Shown here in pieces: positions 50,570-62,736 of a DNA stretch of 64,000 nt. A model generated the notes under the pieces. It did no database searches. It had not been told where the DNA came from and saw only the letters and a list, made by a program, of their open reading frames with translations. Source of the DNA: Brevibacterium luteolum (lineage in GTDB: Bacteria; Actinomycetota; Actinomycetes; Actinomycetales; Brevibacteriaceae); assembly GCF_013004595.1 (NCBI RefSeq), contig NZ_JABEMC010000011.1:1-64000 (forward strand), in the 5' to 3' direction. Positions within the stretch are counted from its first letter, which is position 1, and every line of letters starts with the position of its first letter. Position numbers and translations under genes: made by a program.

Positions 50570-52210
50570 ATGAGCCCGATGTCCGAGAACAGACCAGCAG
50601 GCGAACACGCCTCCCACTACTCGCCGCTGCCGCGCACCGGCAGCAGCGAGCAGAATATGCTCTCACCCGGAGAGCGGGCACAGCCGTTCTCGACGTCGAC
50701 GAACTACACCCGCTGGATCGGCATCATCGGAGGGCTCGTGCTCGCCGCCATCATCTGGTTCGTCATGCCCGAGGACGTGCCCCACGGCGCCCGCGTCACC
50801 GCCGCCACAGCCAGCCTCATGGCAGTGTGGTGGATGACCGAGGCGCTGCCGATCCCGGCCACCGCACTCGTCCCGCTCGTCGTCTTCCCCCTCCTCATCG
50901 AAGGCACCGAAGAGGCCCCGGTGACCGTCTCCTCAGTCGGCGCGAAATACGGCTCCGACACGATCTTCCTGTTCATGGGCGGGTTCCTCATCGCCCTGGC
51001 GATGCAGCGCTGGAACCTCCACCGGCGCATCGCCCTCATCATCCTGTCGTTCATGGGCGAGCGCACCGGCGCACTCATCGCCGGCTTCATGATCGCCACC
51101 GCGTTCCTGTCGATGTGGGTGTCGAACACCGCCACCGCCGTGCTCATGCTGCCCATCGGCCTGTCTGTCCTCGTGCTCGTCAACGAGGCGATGTCGAAGA
51201 CCGGTGATGACACGCTCGAAGACTCCGAGAAGGCCGATGACGACGCGACCGGCACCGACGGCATCCTGCAGTCGCGCTTCGGGACCGCACTCATGCTCGG
51301 CATCGCCTATGCCGCCTCGATCGGCTCGGTCGCCACGATCATCGGCACCCCGCCGAACACCCTGCTGGTCGGCTACCTGCGCGAGAACGAGGGCATCAAC
51401 ATCCAGTTCGGCCAGTGGATGCTCGTCGGCACCCCGGTGGCGATCGTCATGCTCGTCGTCGCCTGGTTCGTGCTCACCAAGATGTTCTTCAAACCCGAGA
51501 TCGACCGGATCCCCGGCGGCCGCGACCTCATCCGGGCGGAGATGGACAAGCTCGGACCGGTCTCCCAGGGCGAATGGCGTGTCCTCACCCTCTTCGTGCT
51601 CGCTGCTGTGTCGTGGATCGCGCTCCCGATCATCTTCGAAGACCCGCCGATCGACGACGCCGGCATCGCCATGACCATCGGCCTGCTGCTGTTCTTCATG
51701 CCCGCCGGCCACGCCCGCGGCGTGCGCCTGCTCGACTGGGAATCGGCCGTCGAACTGCCGTGGGGTGTGCTGCTGCTCTTCGGCGGCGGCCTGGCGCTGT
51801 CGGACCAGTTCACCAAGACCGGGCTGACCGACTGGATCGGCGAATCAGTCCAGGCGCTGGACTGGGTGCCGCTTATCGCACTCGTCGTCATCCTCACCAC
51901 CGGCATCATCTTCCTCACCGAGATCACCTCGAACACCGCGACGGCAGCGACGTTCATCCCGGTGGTCGCCGGTGTGGCGATGGGCCTGGGCTACGACCCG
52001 CTGCTGCTGACGATCCCGGTCGCACTCGCCGCCACGTGTGCGTTCATGCTGCCGGTGGCCACCCCGCCCAACGCGGTGGCCTACGGCTCGGGTTATGTGC
52101 GCATCGCCGACATGGTCAAGGGCGGTGTGGTGCTCAACGTCATCGGCATCGTCATCATCTCGATCGTCACGATGACGATCGCGGTGGGCGTCTTCTCGAT
52201 CGCTCTGTGA
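50570..52210 (+). CDS. DASS/SLC13 sodium:dicarboxylate or sulfate symporter
   Basis: WWMTEALP, SMWVSNTAT, IGTPPN, TEITSNTAT, FMLPVATPPNA. Confidence 0.95.
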   Translation: MSPMSENRPAGEHASHYSPLPRTGSSEQNMLSPGERAQPFSTSTNYTRWIGIIGGLVLAAIIWFVMPEDVPHGARVTAATASLMAVWWMTEALPIPATALVPLVVFPLLIEGTEEAPVTVSSVGAKYGSDTIFLFMGGFLIALAMQRWNLHRRIALIILSFMGERTGALIAGFMIATAFLSMWVSNTATAVLMLPIGLSVLVLVNEAMSKTGDDTLEDSEKADDDATGTDGILQSRFGTALMLGIAYAASIGSVATIIGTPPNTLLVGYLRENEGINIQFGQWMLVGTPVAIVMLVVAWFVLTKMFFKPEIDRIPGGRDLIRAEMDKLGPVSQGEWRVLTLFVLAAVSWIALPIIFEDPPIDDAGIAMTIGLLLFFMPAGHARGVRLLDWESAVELPWGVLLLFGGGLALSDQFTKTGLTDWIGESVQALDWVPLIALVVILTTGIIFLTEITSNTATAATFIPVVAGVAMGLGYDPLLLTIPVALAATCAFMLPVATPPNAVAYGSGYVRIADMVKGGVVLNVIGIVIISIVTMTIAVGVFSIAL

Positions 52211-52262
52211 ATGTGAGGACCGTCATGCCCTCAGCCTGCTGACCAGCAGTTAGGGTGAGGGC

Positions 52263-53339
52263 ATGGCGAAGCTCTTCGAACCGGTCACCCTGCGCGGACT
52301 CACCGTCCGCAACCGCGTCTGGCTGGCACCGATGTGCCAGTACTCCTGCGAGAACCTCGACGGCATGCCCGGTCACTGGCACCTCGTCCACCTCGGCGCC
52401 CGCGCCACCGGCGGCTTCGGGCTCATCCTCACCGAAGCAGCCGCAGTGCTGCCCGAGGGCCGGATCTCCCCCCAGGACGCCGGCATCTGGTCCGATGCCC
52501 ACACCGAGGCCTGGGCTCCGATCGTCGACTTCGCCCACAGCCAGGGCGCAGCGATCGGCATGCAGCTCGCCCACGCCGGCCGCAAGGCCAGCACCTACCG
52601 TCCGTTCGTCGGCGAACCGTCCGGCTCCGTCCCCGAGGCAGAGGGCGGCTGGGCGACGGTCGGGCCCTCGGCCCTCGCATTCGAAGGGCTGGCAGAGCCG
52701 GCAGCGCTGAGCCGGGAGGCCATCGCCGAGGTCGTCGAGGCCTTCGCAGCCGCCGCCCGCCGGGCTGACGCGGCCGGTTTCGACACGGTCGAGATCCACG
52801 CCGCCCACGGCTACCTGCTGCACTCGTTCCTCTCACCGCTGTCCAACGTCCGCGACGACGAATACGGCGGTGACCTCGCCGGCCGTTCACGGCTGCTCAT
52901 GGAGGTCTACACCGCCGTGCGCGAGGCCTTCCCCGAGGATAAACCGGTGCTCGTGCGGATCTCGGCCAGCGAATGGACCGACGGCGGCTTCGACGTCGCC
53001 GAGGCGACCGAGGTCTCCATCGCCCTGCAGGACGCCGGTGCCGACCTCATCGACGTGTCCTCCGGCGGCAACGTCATCGCCGACATCCCGGTCGGCCCGT
53101 CCTATCAGGTGCCGCTGGCCGCCGAGATCGCCGCCGCCGGTGTCACCACCGGTGCTGTCGGGCTCATCACCGAACCCGCCCAGGCCGAAGGCATCCTGGT
53201 CTCCGGTGATGCCGATGTCGTGCTGCTGGCCCGTGCTGCACTGCGCGAACCTGCCTGGCCGCTGCGGGCCGCTCACGCACTGGGACTCAACTGGCGCGAC
53301 GCGCCGTACCCGCCGCAGTACACCCGCGGCAAGTGGTGA
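52263..53339 (+). CDS. NADH:flavin oxidoreductase (Old Yellow Enzyme, NamA/YqjM-like)
   Basis: APMCQYS, QLAHAGRKAS, EIHAAHGYLLHSFLSP.SN.R.DEYGG. Confidence 0.95.
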   Translation: MAKLFEPVTLRGLTVRNRVWLAPMCQYSCENLDGMPGHWHLVHLGARATGGFGLILTEAAAVLPEGRISPQDAGIWSDAHTEAWAPIVDFAHSQGAAIGMQLAHAGRKASTYRPFVGEPSGSVPEAEGGWATVGPSALAFEGLAEPAALSREAIAEVVEAFAAAARRADAAGFDTVEIHAAHGYLLHSFLSPLSNVRDDEYGGDLAGRSRLLMEVYTAVREAFPEDKPVLVRISASEWTDGGFDVAEATEVSIALQDAGADLIDVSSGGNVIADIPVGPSYQVPLAAEIAAAGVTTGAVGLITEPAQAEGILVSGDADVVLLARAALREPAWPLRAAHALGLNWRDAPYPPQYTRGKW

Positions 53340-53349
53340 GTCGACAGTC

Positions 53350-53706
53350 CTAAGACTGCGACGCTGCCTTCTCCGTACCGGCGTCATCGGCCTTATCAGC
53401 GGTGAGCTGCAGCCCGGCAACACCGGCGATGATGAGGACCAGACAGGCGATCTTGCCGGGCCCGAACTCCTCGCCGAGGACTGCGGACCAGGCAGCGGTC
53501 GTCGCTGCGCCGACTCCGGTCCAGATCGCATAGGCGGTGCCCATTGGGATCGCCCGCATTGCATAGGCTAGGCCGGTCAGCGATGCCGCGAGGCCTATGA
53601 GGAAGAGCGCTCCGCGTCCGGGGTGCAGCACTCCGGCGGCCAGCATGCCCGCCCAAACCGCCTCGGCCATGCCGGAGAAGATGAGTGCCAGCCAGTACTT
53701 CGTCAT
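53350..53706 (-). CDS. SMR family exporter subunit (Gdx/SugE-like)
   Basis: W..L...G.AEAVW, IPMGTAYAIWTGVG, G..GL. Confidence 0.9.
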   Translation of the reverse strand: MTKYWLALIFSGMAEAVWAGMLAAGVLHPGRGALFLIGLAASLTGLAYAMRAIPMGTAYAIWTGVGAATTAAWSAVLGEEFGPGKIACLVLIIAGVAGLQLTADKADDAGTEKAASQS

Positions 53707-54014
53707 GACAGCACCTGCAGTCCGACGACACCGGCGATGATCGCTGCGACACAGGCGATCCGCACGAGATTCAGCCGTTCAGTCCCGCGCAGCGCGCCGA
53801 GCGCCAGCGTGGTGATCGCGCCGACGGCGACCCACACGGCATAACCGGAGCCGACAGGAACCTTCTGCAGACCCCACGCGAGGCCTCCCATAGAGACGAT
53901 GGTTCCGATGATGAAGAGAGTCAGACGCGGCACGATCCGCAGATGGCGGGCGGCCAGGGCGAACGCCCACATCGCCTCGAACGTGCCGGATGAGATGAGA
54001 ACAGTCCAGTACAT
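53703..54014 (-). CDS. SMR family exporter subunit (Gdx/SugE-like)
   Basis: W.VL...G.FEAMW, VPVGSGYAVW.AVG; ATGA overlap with its partner. Confidence 0.9.
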   Translation of the reverse strand: MYWTVLISSGTFEAMWAFALAARHLRIVPRLTLFIIGTIVSMGGLAWGLQKVPVGSGYAVWVAVGAITTLALGALRGTERLNLVRIACVAAIIAGVVGLQVLS

Positions 54015-54025
54015 GATGAGAAAGC

Positions 54026-54066
54026 GGCCGTCTTTGCGCTCGGCGGGTACGGCTCCCTCGTCCGCT
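54026..54066 (-). ncRNA. Guanidine-III (ykkC-III) riboswitch
   Basis: GCGGACGAGGGAGCCGTACCCGC...AAAGACGGC matches the CGGACGAGG..GCCGUACCCG...AAGACGGC pseudoknot pattern and lies directly upstream of SMR genes. Confidence 0.88.
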
Positions 54067-54228
54067 GGCACTGTCGGTGCCTGCCCGCCACCATAGCACC
54101 GGCGCAGCCTCCCGGCAGGGTGCGCACATCCAGTGAGACCCGTGTGCGGCGGGCACCGTTCCCGCTAGGCTGGAACCGGAGCCGCCGCTGGCAGTCGCCG
54201 GCGGCACACCGGAGAAGAGGAGATCGCC

Positions 54229-54882
54229 ATGGACCTGCAGCTCACCGATGTTTCCCTCCGCTCGATCGCCGTCTCGGAGATGAGCAACAACGTCTACCTG
54301 CTCACCTCGGCCACGACCGGCCAGCAGGTCATCATCGATGCCGCCGACGACGTCGAGGCCATCGAATCGCTCGTCGACGCCGGCGCCGAGGCGGGGCCCG
54401 CCGATGCCGCCCACGTCACCGATGTGCTCACCACCCACCGGCACTGGGACCACGTCCGCGCCCTCAAGCCGATCACCGAGCGCTACGACGCCCGCACCGT
54501 CGCCGGCGTCAATGACGCCGAGGCGATCACCGAGGAGTCCGGCCAGACCATCGACCAACCGGTCGCCCATGGTGAGACCCTGTCCTTCGACGGCTTCGAG
54601 CTCGAGGTCATCGAGCTGCGCGGGCACACACCCGGATCTGTCGCGTATGTGCTGCGCGACTCCGGGGGAGAGGTCGTCATCTTCTCCGGCGACAGCCTGT
54701 TCCCGGGTGGTCCGGGCAAGACATGGAGCAGCGAGGACTTCGCCTCACTCATGGACGACCTCGAGGAGCGGATCTTCGGGCAGTTCGGCGACGAGGCCCA
54801 CGTGCTGCCCGGCCACGGTGATGCGACCACGATCGGTGCCGAGCGCCCGCAGATCCCTCAGTGGCGCGAGCGCGGCTGGTGA
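54229..54882 (+). CDS. MBL-fold metallo-hydrolase
   Basis: THRHWDH, GHTPGS, GDSLFPGG, PGHG. Confidence 0.93.
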   Translation: MDLQLTDVSLRSIAVSEMSNNVYLLTSATTGQQVIIDAADDVEAIESLVDAGAEAGPADAAHVTDVLTTHRHWDHVRALKPITERYDARTVAGVNDAEAITEESGQTIDQPVAHGETLSFDGFELEVIELRGHTPGSVAYVLRDSGGEVVIFSGDSLFPGGPGKTWSSEDFASLMDDLEERIFGQFGDEAHVLPGHGDATTIGAERPQIPQWRERGW

Positions 54883-54885
54883 CGC

Positions 54886-55518
54886 TCAGCGCACCTGCAG
54901 GTAGATGACCGCCGCTGCCGCCCACGCAGCGGTCAGCAGCAGCGCGGCGACGACACCGGTGTTCCACCGACGCTGCGGCGCCGTGTCTTCGAGCACCGGA
55001 TCGGTGAGGAATCCTCTCTGCTTTAACTCGGCGTGGTAGTCGACGACCGCGATGATGAGCGGATTCGCGTTGTCGCGTGCACGCGCCCCATCCGAGGCAC
55101 TCGGCGGCATCTGCCGGGAGGTCGGAACAGCGCGCTTCATCGCCCGCGGCATCGCCCACGCGGATTCGTTCGTCCCCCAGCGCGTCGTGACGGCCAGCCC
55201 GTACCGCAGATCGAATTCATCAACCGCCGGCCAGGGGATCGGTGTCGTGCGCAGAATGTTGACGAAGGTCATTCCGGCAGGGGAGAGGTCGACGCGCGGG
55301 TGCCAGTACAGCGCCCAGATGAGTGCTGCACCGAAAGCGGGGACACCTATCAGCACCAGGGCGGTCAGCGGCGGGAACTGGTAGACGATGCTCACAGCTG
55401 CAACAACAGCGACGCCGATGGCAGTGCCGGCGAGGACACGGGAGCCGGCCGGGCGCAGAGTGCCCTCCTCGGGGAAGCTCGGTGGCCCGGAGCTCTGGCG
55501 ATTCAGCAGCGAGAACAT
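54886..55518 (-). CDS. Membrane protein with a bacterial PH domain
   Basis: Two TM helices, then W.PRV...G...VN.LRT..IPW..V, and a C-terminal TM. Confidence 0.75.
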   Translation of the reverse strand: MFSLLNRQSSGPPSFPEEGTLRPAGSRVLAGTAIGVAVVAAVSIVYQFPPLTALVLIGVPAFGAALIWALYWHPRVDLSPAGMTFVNILRTTPIPWPAVDEFDLRYGLAVTTRWGTNESAWAMPRAMKRAVPTSRQMPPSASDGARARDNANPLIIAVVDYHAELKQRGFLTDPVLEDTAPQRRWNTGVVAALLLTAAWAAAAVIYLQVR

Positions 55519-55708
55519 GGCCTCCACCCTAATCGAAAGCCAGCGCGGTTCTGCGCTTGCAGGACACGCAGAACCCCGCTGCCGGCATCTCAGAAGACCC
55601 GCCTCGGGAAGGGCCGGACGATGCAAGTTCATACAGTGATCTGCACAACATGCACCCCACCATTCATCGACGTCTCAAATCGGTAACGATAGGCGTTATT
55701 TCCCGGAT

Positions 55709-55724
55709 TGTGGACTCCGTCACA
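55709..55724. promoter_or_regulatory. Putative CRP/GlxR-type site upstream of the peptide ABC operon
   Basis: TGTGG-ACTCCG-TCACA, one mismatch to TGTGA-N6-TCACA. Confidence 0.5.
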
Positions 55725-55840
55725 GGCTCCGGTGGCCTAGCTTTGGTTGCAATCCACACTTCACTCATGAAGTGCTCACCTGGCAGTCATGATTGTCATG
55801 CTGTCAGGTGAGATTGCGATTACCGATAGAAGGAGACGAC

Positions 55841-57667
55841 GTGAAAAGAGGCATTCTCACCGCAGCAGCCGGTGTGGCGGCGTCAGCACTGGTGCTGTCC
55901 GCGTGCACACCGCCCGGTGACGGTGGTAACGGCGGCAACGGAGGTGACGGCGGCAACGGCGGTGGCGGCGAAGTCAGCGTGATGTGGAACCAGCCGTTCT
56001 ACTCGATGAACAACAACACTTCCGCCACCAACAACGTCACGAACGCCAATGTCGTGTACATGATGAACGAGGCGTTCAAGTACTACGACGAGAACCTGGA
56101 GCTGCAGGACAACACCTCGTTCGGCACGGTCGAGCAGGTGTCCGAGGATCCCCTCAAGGTCAAGTACACCTACAGCGACAACGCCAAGTGGTCTGACGGC
56201 ACCCCTGTCGACGCCGCGGACCTCGTGCTCGCCTGGGCTGCTCGGAGCGGCAACTTCAACACCACCGAGGACGCAGAGCGCGACGACGAAGGTGTCGTCG
56301 AGGACGCCGGCGGCGATGTCTTCTTCGACGCCGCAGAGCCGGGCCTGGCACTGATCAAGGACTTCCCGGAGATCTCCGAGGACGGCAAGGAGATCACCTT
56401 CGAGTACACGAAGCCCTTCGCAGACTGGGAGACCAACCTCACCATCGGTGACTCCGGCGTGCCTGCACACATCGTGGCCAAGAACGCCCTCGACACCGGT
56501 GACGCCGAGGAAGGCAAAAAGGCCATCCTCGACGCAGTCGAGAACGAGGACAAGGAGAAGCTGGCCAAGGTCGCCGAGTTCTGGAACACCGGCTACAACA
56601 TGACGTCGATGCCGGAAGATGAGGATCTGCTCATCGGCACCGGCCCGATGAAGATGACCGACTTCAAAGAAGGTCAGTATCTGACCCTCGAAGCACGTGA
56701 CGACTACGAGGGCGATCGCAAGCCGCAGCTCTCGAAGATCACGGTCCGCTACAACGAGGATCCGATGGCCGCCGTTCAGGCACTGGAGAACGGCGAGGTC
56801 CAGCTCATCAACCCGCAGTCGACTGCTGACGTCCTCCAGGCCGTCGAGGCCATCGACGGTGTTGAGAACAACACCGCCGACGGTGCGACCTACGAGCACG
56901 TCGACCTGACCTTCGACAACAACGGTCCGTTCGACCCGGCTTCCTATGGTGGCGATGAGGAGAAGGCCAAGCAGGTCCGCGAAGCCTTCCTGCAGTCGAT
57001 CCCGCGCGGCAAGATCGTCAACGACATCGTCAAGCCGCTCAACGATCAGGCTCAGATCCGTAACTCGTTCACCCAGGTTCCGGGCTCGCCTGACTACGAC
57101 ACGATCGTTCAGGGCTCGGGCATCGAGGACACCTACGGTGAAGGCGATGCCGAGAAGGCCAAGCAGATGCTTGAAGAGGCCGGCGTCGATGAGGCTCCGA
57201 AGGTCCGCCTGCTGTACGCGAAGGGCAACGCCCGTCGTGAGCAGGAGTTCCAGCTCATCAAGGAATCGGCTGAGAAGGCTGGCTTCGAGGTCATCGACAA
57301 CTCCTCCGAGACCTGGTCCGAGGACCTGGGCAACGGTGAGTACGATGCTTCGCTGTTCGGCTGGCAGTCCACCTCGACCGCTGTGACTGAGTCCGACGCG
57401 AACTTCCGCACCGGTGGTCAGAACAACTTCGGCGGATTCGCCAACGACGAGGTCGACAAGCTCTACGACGAGCTCCAGACCGAGACCGACCCGGCACGCC
57501 AGGCTGAGATTCTCGGCGAGGTCGAGAAGATCCTGGTCGATGAAGGCTTCGGCCTCACGCTGTTCCAGTTCCCGGAGGTCGTTGCGTACTCCGATCAGCT
57601 GCAGAACGTGAAGCCGATGACCGTGTCACCGACCATGTTCTGGAACTTCTGGGAGTGGCAGATGTGA
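55841..57667 (+). CDS. Peptide ABC transporter substrate-binding lipoprotein (family 5)
   Basis: SD AAGGAG, GTG start, lipobox LVLSAC, KWSDGTPVDAAD, GTGP, final WN.WEW. Confidence 0.93.
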   Translation: MKRGILTAAAGVAASALVLSACTPPGDGGNGGNGGDGGNGGGGEVSVMWNQPFYSMNNNTSATNNVTNANVVYMMNEAFKYYDENLELQDNTSFGTVEQVSEDPLKVKYTYSDNAKWSDGTPVDAADLVLAWAARSGNFNTTEDAERDDEGVVEDAGGDVFFDAAEPGLALIKDFPEISEDGKEITFEYTKPFADWETNLTIGDSGVPAHIVAKNALDTGDAEEGKKAILDAVENEDKEKLAKVAEFWNTGYNMTSMPEDEDLLIGTGPMKMTDFKEGQYLTLEARDDYEGDRKPQLSKITVRYNEDPMAAVQALENGEVQLINPQSTADVLQAVEAIDGVENNTADGATYEHVDLTFDNNGPFDPASYGGDEEKAKQVREAFLQSIPRGKIVNDIVKPLNDQAQIRNSFTQVPGSPDYDTIVQGSGIEDTYGEGDAEKAKQMLEEAGVDEAPKVRLLYAKGNARREQEFQLIKESAEKAGFEVIDNSSETWSEDLGNGEYDASLFGWQSTSTAVTESDANFRTGGQNNFGGFANDEVDKLYDELQTETDPARQAEILGEVEKILVDEGFGLTLFQFPEVVAYSDQLQNVKPMTVSPTMFWNFWEWQM

Positions 57668-57707
57668 GGTAGAGGTCCTCTTCACTGAGACCTCTTCAGC
57701 TCTAACC

Positions 57708-57738
57708 GGCGGGGGTGCCGGCACCTGGCACCCCCGCC
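57708..57738 (+). other. Intra-operon stem-loop after the substrate-binding gene
   Basis: GGCGGGGGTGCC...GGCACCCCCGCC. Confidence 0.65.
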
Positions 57739-57771
57739 TCACCCTGTTCCACGACCCTCACGGGAAGACCA

Positions 57772-59309
<1,538 letters not shown>

Positions 59310-59313
<4 letters not shown>

Positions 59314-60521
59314 CTACCTCACTTCCAGATCCCTCGAAGCACGAGGACACACACACTCTCGAAGGCGACAACGCCATCGAGGCCCAGGAAACCGCCGGCC
59401 TGTCGCAGGGCCAGATCGTCTGGCGCCGGTTCATCCGGCACAAGGGCGCCATCGCCGGCCTCACGATCGTGCTGCTCATCGCGATCCTGGCGTACTCATC
59501 AGTGGGTGTCGGCCCGATTCCCGGCTGGTGGATGTTCAACCACTACAACACCAATGACGTCATGAACGGCGGTGCGCCGACATGGCAGCTGTCGAACATC
59601 TTCTCGCCCGGCCAGCACCCGTTCGGGCAGGATGATATCGGGCGTGACAACTTCGCCCGCGTCATGAAGGGCATCCAGATCTCCATCATGGTGATGCTCG
59701 TGATGGGTGCGCTCTCGCTCGTCGTCGGTGTTCTCATCGGCTCGCTGGCCGGTTACTACCGCAAACGGATCGACGATGTGCTCATGCGCATCACCGACCT
59801 GTTCATCACCCTGCCGGTCATCGTCGTCGGTGCTGTGCTCGGTGTGCTGGCAGGCAAGTACTCTTCGCCGCTGCTGCTGGCGATCTGCCTGGGCCTCATC
59901 CTGTGGCCAGGTCTCGCTCGCCTCGTGCGCGGTGACTTCCTGTCCCTGCGCGAACGCGAGTTCGTCGACTCGGCCCGCGTAGCCGGTGCCAGCGACTTCC
60001 GCATCATCTTCAAGCACATGCTGCCCAACGCGATGGGCGTCATCATCGTCAACACGACGCTGCTCATGAGCCAGGCGATCGTGCTGGAGACTGCGTTGTC
60101 GTTCCTCGGCTTCGGTGTCACCGCACCGGACGTCTCGCTCGGCCAGCTGATCAACGAGTACCAGAGCTCGTTCTCCACCCGCCCGTGGCTGTTCTGGTGG
60201 CCGGGTCTGTTCATCATCGTCATCGCCCTGTGCGTGAACTTCGTCGGCGACGGTCTGCGCGACGCATTCGACCCGCGTCAGAAGCGCATCCCGTCGAAGA
60301 AGGAGATGCTCAAGGCGCAGGTCCGCAAGCCCGAGCGCACCGAGGAGGAGGCAGCCGCGGCTGTCACCACCGGTGCCGGTGCCACCGGCATGCCGTACGC
60401 CGAGAGCGCTCCGGCCGAAGGTCCGGACCGGCCCGGGCCGGCCGGCACGGTCAACACCCACGAGGATCCGGGTGACAACAGCCCAGGCGGCGTGGATGAC
60501 ACTGACGGACCGAAGCACTGA
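59310..60521 (+). CDS. Peptide ABC transporter permease (OppC/DppC-like)
   Basis: HPFGQD..GRD, EFVDSARVAGA, KHMLPN, LSFLGFG, GDGLRDAFDP. Confidence 0.95.
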
Positions 60522-60530
60522 GGGGCTGAC

Positions 60531-62321
60531 ATGACTGAACACACGAAAGACGCTGCCCCGATCCTCTCGGTGCAGGACCTGGGAGTGAACTTCTGGGTCG
60601 GCGGTGAATGGTTCACCGCTGCAGAGGGCCTGAACTACGAGCTGTATCCCGGTGAGGTGCTCGCCATCGTCGGTGAGTCCGGCTCGGGCAAGTCGCAGTC
60701 GTCGATGTCGCTCATCGGCCTGCTGCCCAAGAACGGCCTGGCCACCGGCAGTGCGAAGCTCGATGGGCGTGAGCTCGTCGACATGCCGATGGCGCAGATG
60801 CAGCGCATTCGCGGCAAGGAGATCTCGGTGATCTTCCAGGAGCCGATGACCGCGCTCAACCCGGTCTACACCTGCGGTTTCCAGATCGTCGAGACGCTGC
60901 GCACCCACTTCGATATGGGGCCCTCGGCCGCCAAGGAGCGGGCGCTGGAGCTTATGCGGCTCGTCGACATCCCGGAGCCGGAGCGGCGTTTCAACTCGTT
61001 CCCGCACCAGCTCTCGGGCGGTCAGCGCCAGCGCATCATGATCGCCCAGGCCCTGGCCTGCGATCCGCGCCTGCTCATCGCCGATGAGCCGACCACGGCA
61101 CTCGACGTCACGGTGCAGGCGGAGATCCTCAAGCTCATGCGCGACCTGCGTGAGCGGATCGACTCCGGCATCATCCTCATCACCCATGACATGGGTGTCG
61201 TCGCCGATATGGCCGACCGCATCCTCGTGATGAAGAGCGGCCGGGTCGTTGAGACCGGCACCGCCGATGAGATCTTCTACAACCCGCAGCACCCCTACAC
61301 CAAGCAGCTGCTTGACTCGGTGCCGCACCTGGGTGAGAAGGAAGGGCGTGTCTTCGGCGACTCCGTCGAGGACCTCGAAGAGGCGGCCACGCCTGAGCCG
61401 GCCGAACGCGACTGGGTGCCGGCCGACATCACGCTGGAATCGACTGAGACGATCGTGCACCCGGATGAGAGCTACGACCCGACCGAGACGCCGGCGCTCA
61501 AGCTCACGAACGCCGCGATCGAATACCCGAAGATCGGCCGCACGCCGGCCTTCCGGGCCGCCCACGACATCAACCTGTCAGTGGCTCCCGGCGAGGTCGT
61601 CGGCCTCGTCGGCGAATCGGGTTCGGGCAAGTCGACGATCGGCCGTGCCGCACTCGGCCTGCTGCCGGTCGTCGAGGGCTCCCTGGAGATCAACGGCACC
61701 GACATCACCGGCATGAGCAACCGCCAGCTGCGGCCGCTGCGCCGCGATGTTGGCATCGTGTTCCAGGATCCGGGCTCCTCTCTCAACCCGCGGCTGCCGG
61801 TCGGTGAGTCGATCGGCGAGCCGATCTTCCTGCACGAGAAGCTCAAGGGACCAGCGCTCAACCAGCGTGTGGAGGCACTGCTCGACTCCGTCGAGCTGCC
61901 GACCTCGATGCGCAACCGCTATCCGCATGAGCTCTCCGGCGGTCAGCGTCAGCGCATCGGCATCGCCCGTGCACTGGCGCTGCAGCCGAAGCTGCTCATC
62001 GCTGATGAGCCGACATCGGCACTCGACGTGTCCGTGCAGGCCAAGGTGCTGGAGCTGTTCCAGCAGCTGCAGCGCGAACAGGGATTTGCCTGCCTGTTCA
62101 TCTCCCACGACCTCGCCGTCGTCGAGATGCTGGCCCGCCGTGTGGCCGTCATGCGCCACGGCTACCTCGTCGAGGTCGGCAACTCCAGCGACATCGTCGC
62201 CGACCCGGTGCACCCGTACACGCAGCGCCTGCTCGCTGCTGTGCCGGTGCCCGATCCCAATGAGCAGCGACGTCGCCGCGCAGCCCGCGATGCGATGATC
62301 TCCGCCACCCGCGAGGACTGA
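60531..62321 (+). CDS. Peptide ABC transporter ATP-binding protein, fused double domain
   Basis: Two GESGSGKS / LSGGQRQR / DEPT sets and two HPYT motifs. Confidence 0.96.
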   Translation: MTEHTKDAAPILSVQDLGVNFWVGGEWFTAAEGLNYELYPGEVLAIVGESGSGKSQSSMSLIGLLPKNGLATGSAKLDGRELVDMPMAQMQRIRGKEISVIFQEPMTALNPVYTCGFQIVETLRTHFDMGPSAAKERALELMRLVDIPEPERRFNSFPHQLSGGQRQRIMIAQALACDPRLLIADEPTTALDVTVQAEILKLMRDLRERIDSGIILITHDMGVVADMADRILVMKSGRVVETGTADEIFYNPQHPYTKQLLDSVPHLGEKEGRVFGDSVEDLEEAATPEPAERDWVPADITLESTETIVHPDESYDPTETPALKLTNAAIEYPKIGRTPAFRAAHDINLSVAPGEVVGLVGESGSGKSTIGRAALGLLPVVEGSLEINGTDITGMSNRQLRPLRRDVGIVFQDPGSSLNPRLPVGESIGEPIFLHEKLKGPALNQRVEALLDSVELPTSMRNRYPHELSGGQRQRIGIARALALQPKLLIADEPTSALDVSVQAKVLELFQQLQREQGFACLFISHDLAVVEMLARRVAVMRHGYLVEVGNSSDIVADPVHPYTQRLLAAVPVPDPNEQRRRRAARDAMISATRED

Positions 62322-62340
62322 GCCGCACGCACCGCGCACG

Positions 62341-62375
62341 AAGCGGAGGGAGACCGACTGGTCTCCCTCCGCTTT
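62341..62375 (+). terminator. Intrinsic terminator of the ABC operon
   Basis: AAGCGGAGGGAGACC-gact-GGTCTCCCTCCGCTT-T. Confidence 0.85.
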
Positions 62376-62613
62376 CGTCATGGCTGAAACGGTGCCAGAC
62401 AGGCTGGCAGCGCTCACCATGCACCCGCTGGGCGAGCTGGCCCGGCACCTCAGGACACCGTCCGCACCGCGCTCAGGCGACCACCGCCTCGGGCGCGGTG
62501 CGCAGGGGCACACGGGCCCAGGCGCACATGCCCGGGCACACGGCATCGGCACGCACTTCAGGAGCACCGGGGGAGCAGGCAGCGGTGCTACCCCTGCCAG
62601 CGCATACAGACGA

Positions 62614-62645
62614 CGCCGGGGCGAAGCTGCTGCTCCGCCCCGGCG
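62614..62645 (-). terminator. Hairpin downstream of the protease gene
   Basis: CGCCGGGGCG...CGCCCCGGCG. Confidence 0.55.
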
Positions 62646-62736
62646 CCGCGGGCTGTGAACCCTACCTTTGTGAGTATCCCCCGTGCGTCACCCCGCGAGG
62701 GAACGGGGAACCGTCAGATGAAAGACGACATTCTCA

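Noticed and set aside
62380..62730. Small ORFs and loose GCAC(A)CG repeats between the ABC operon and the protease
   Set aside because: They lie between two terminators, lack an SD or motifs, and the repeats are too irregular to call.
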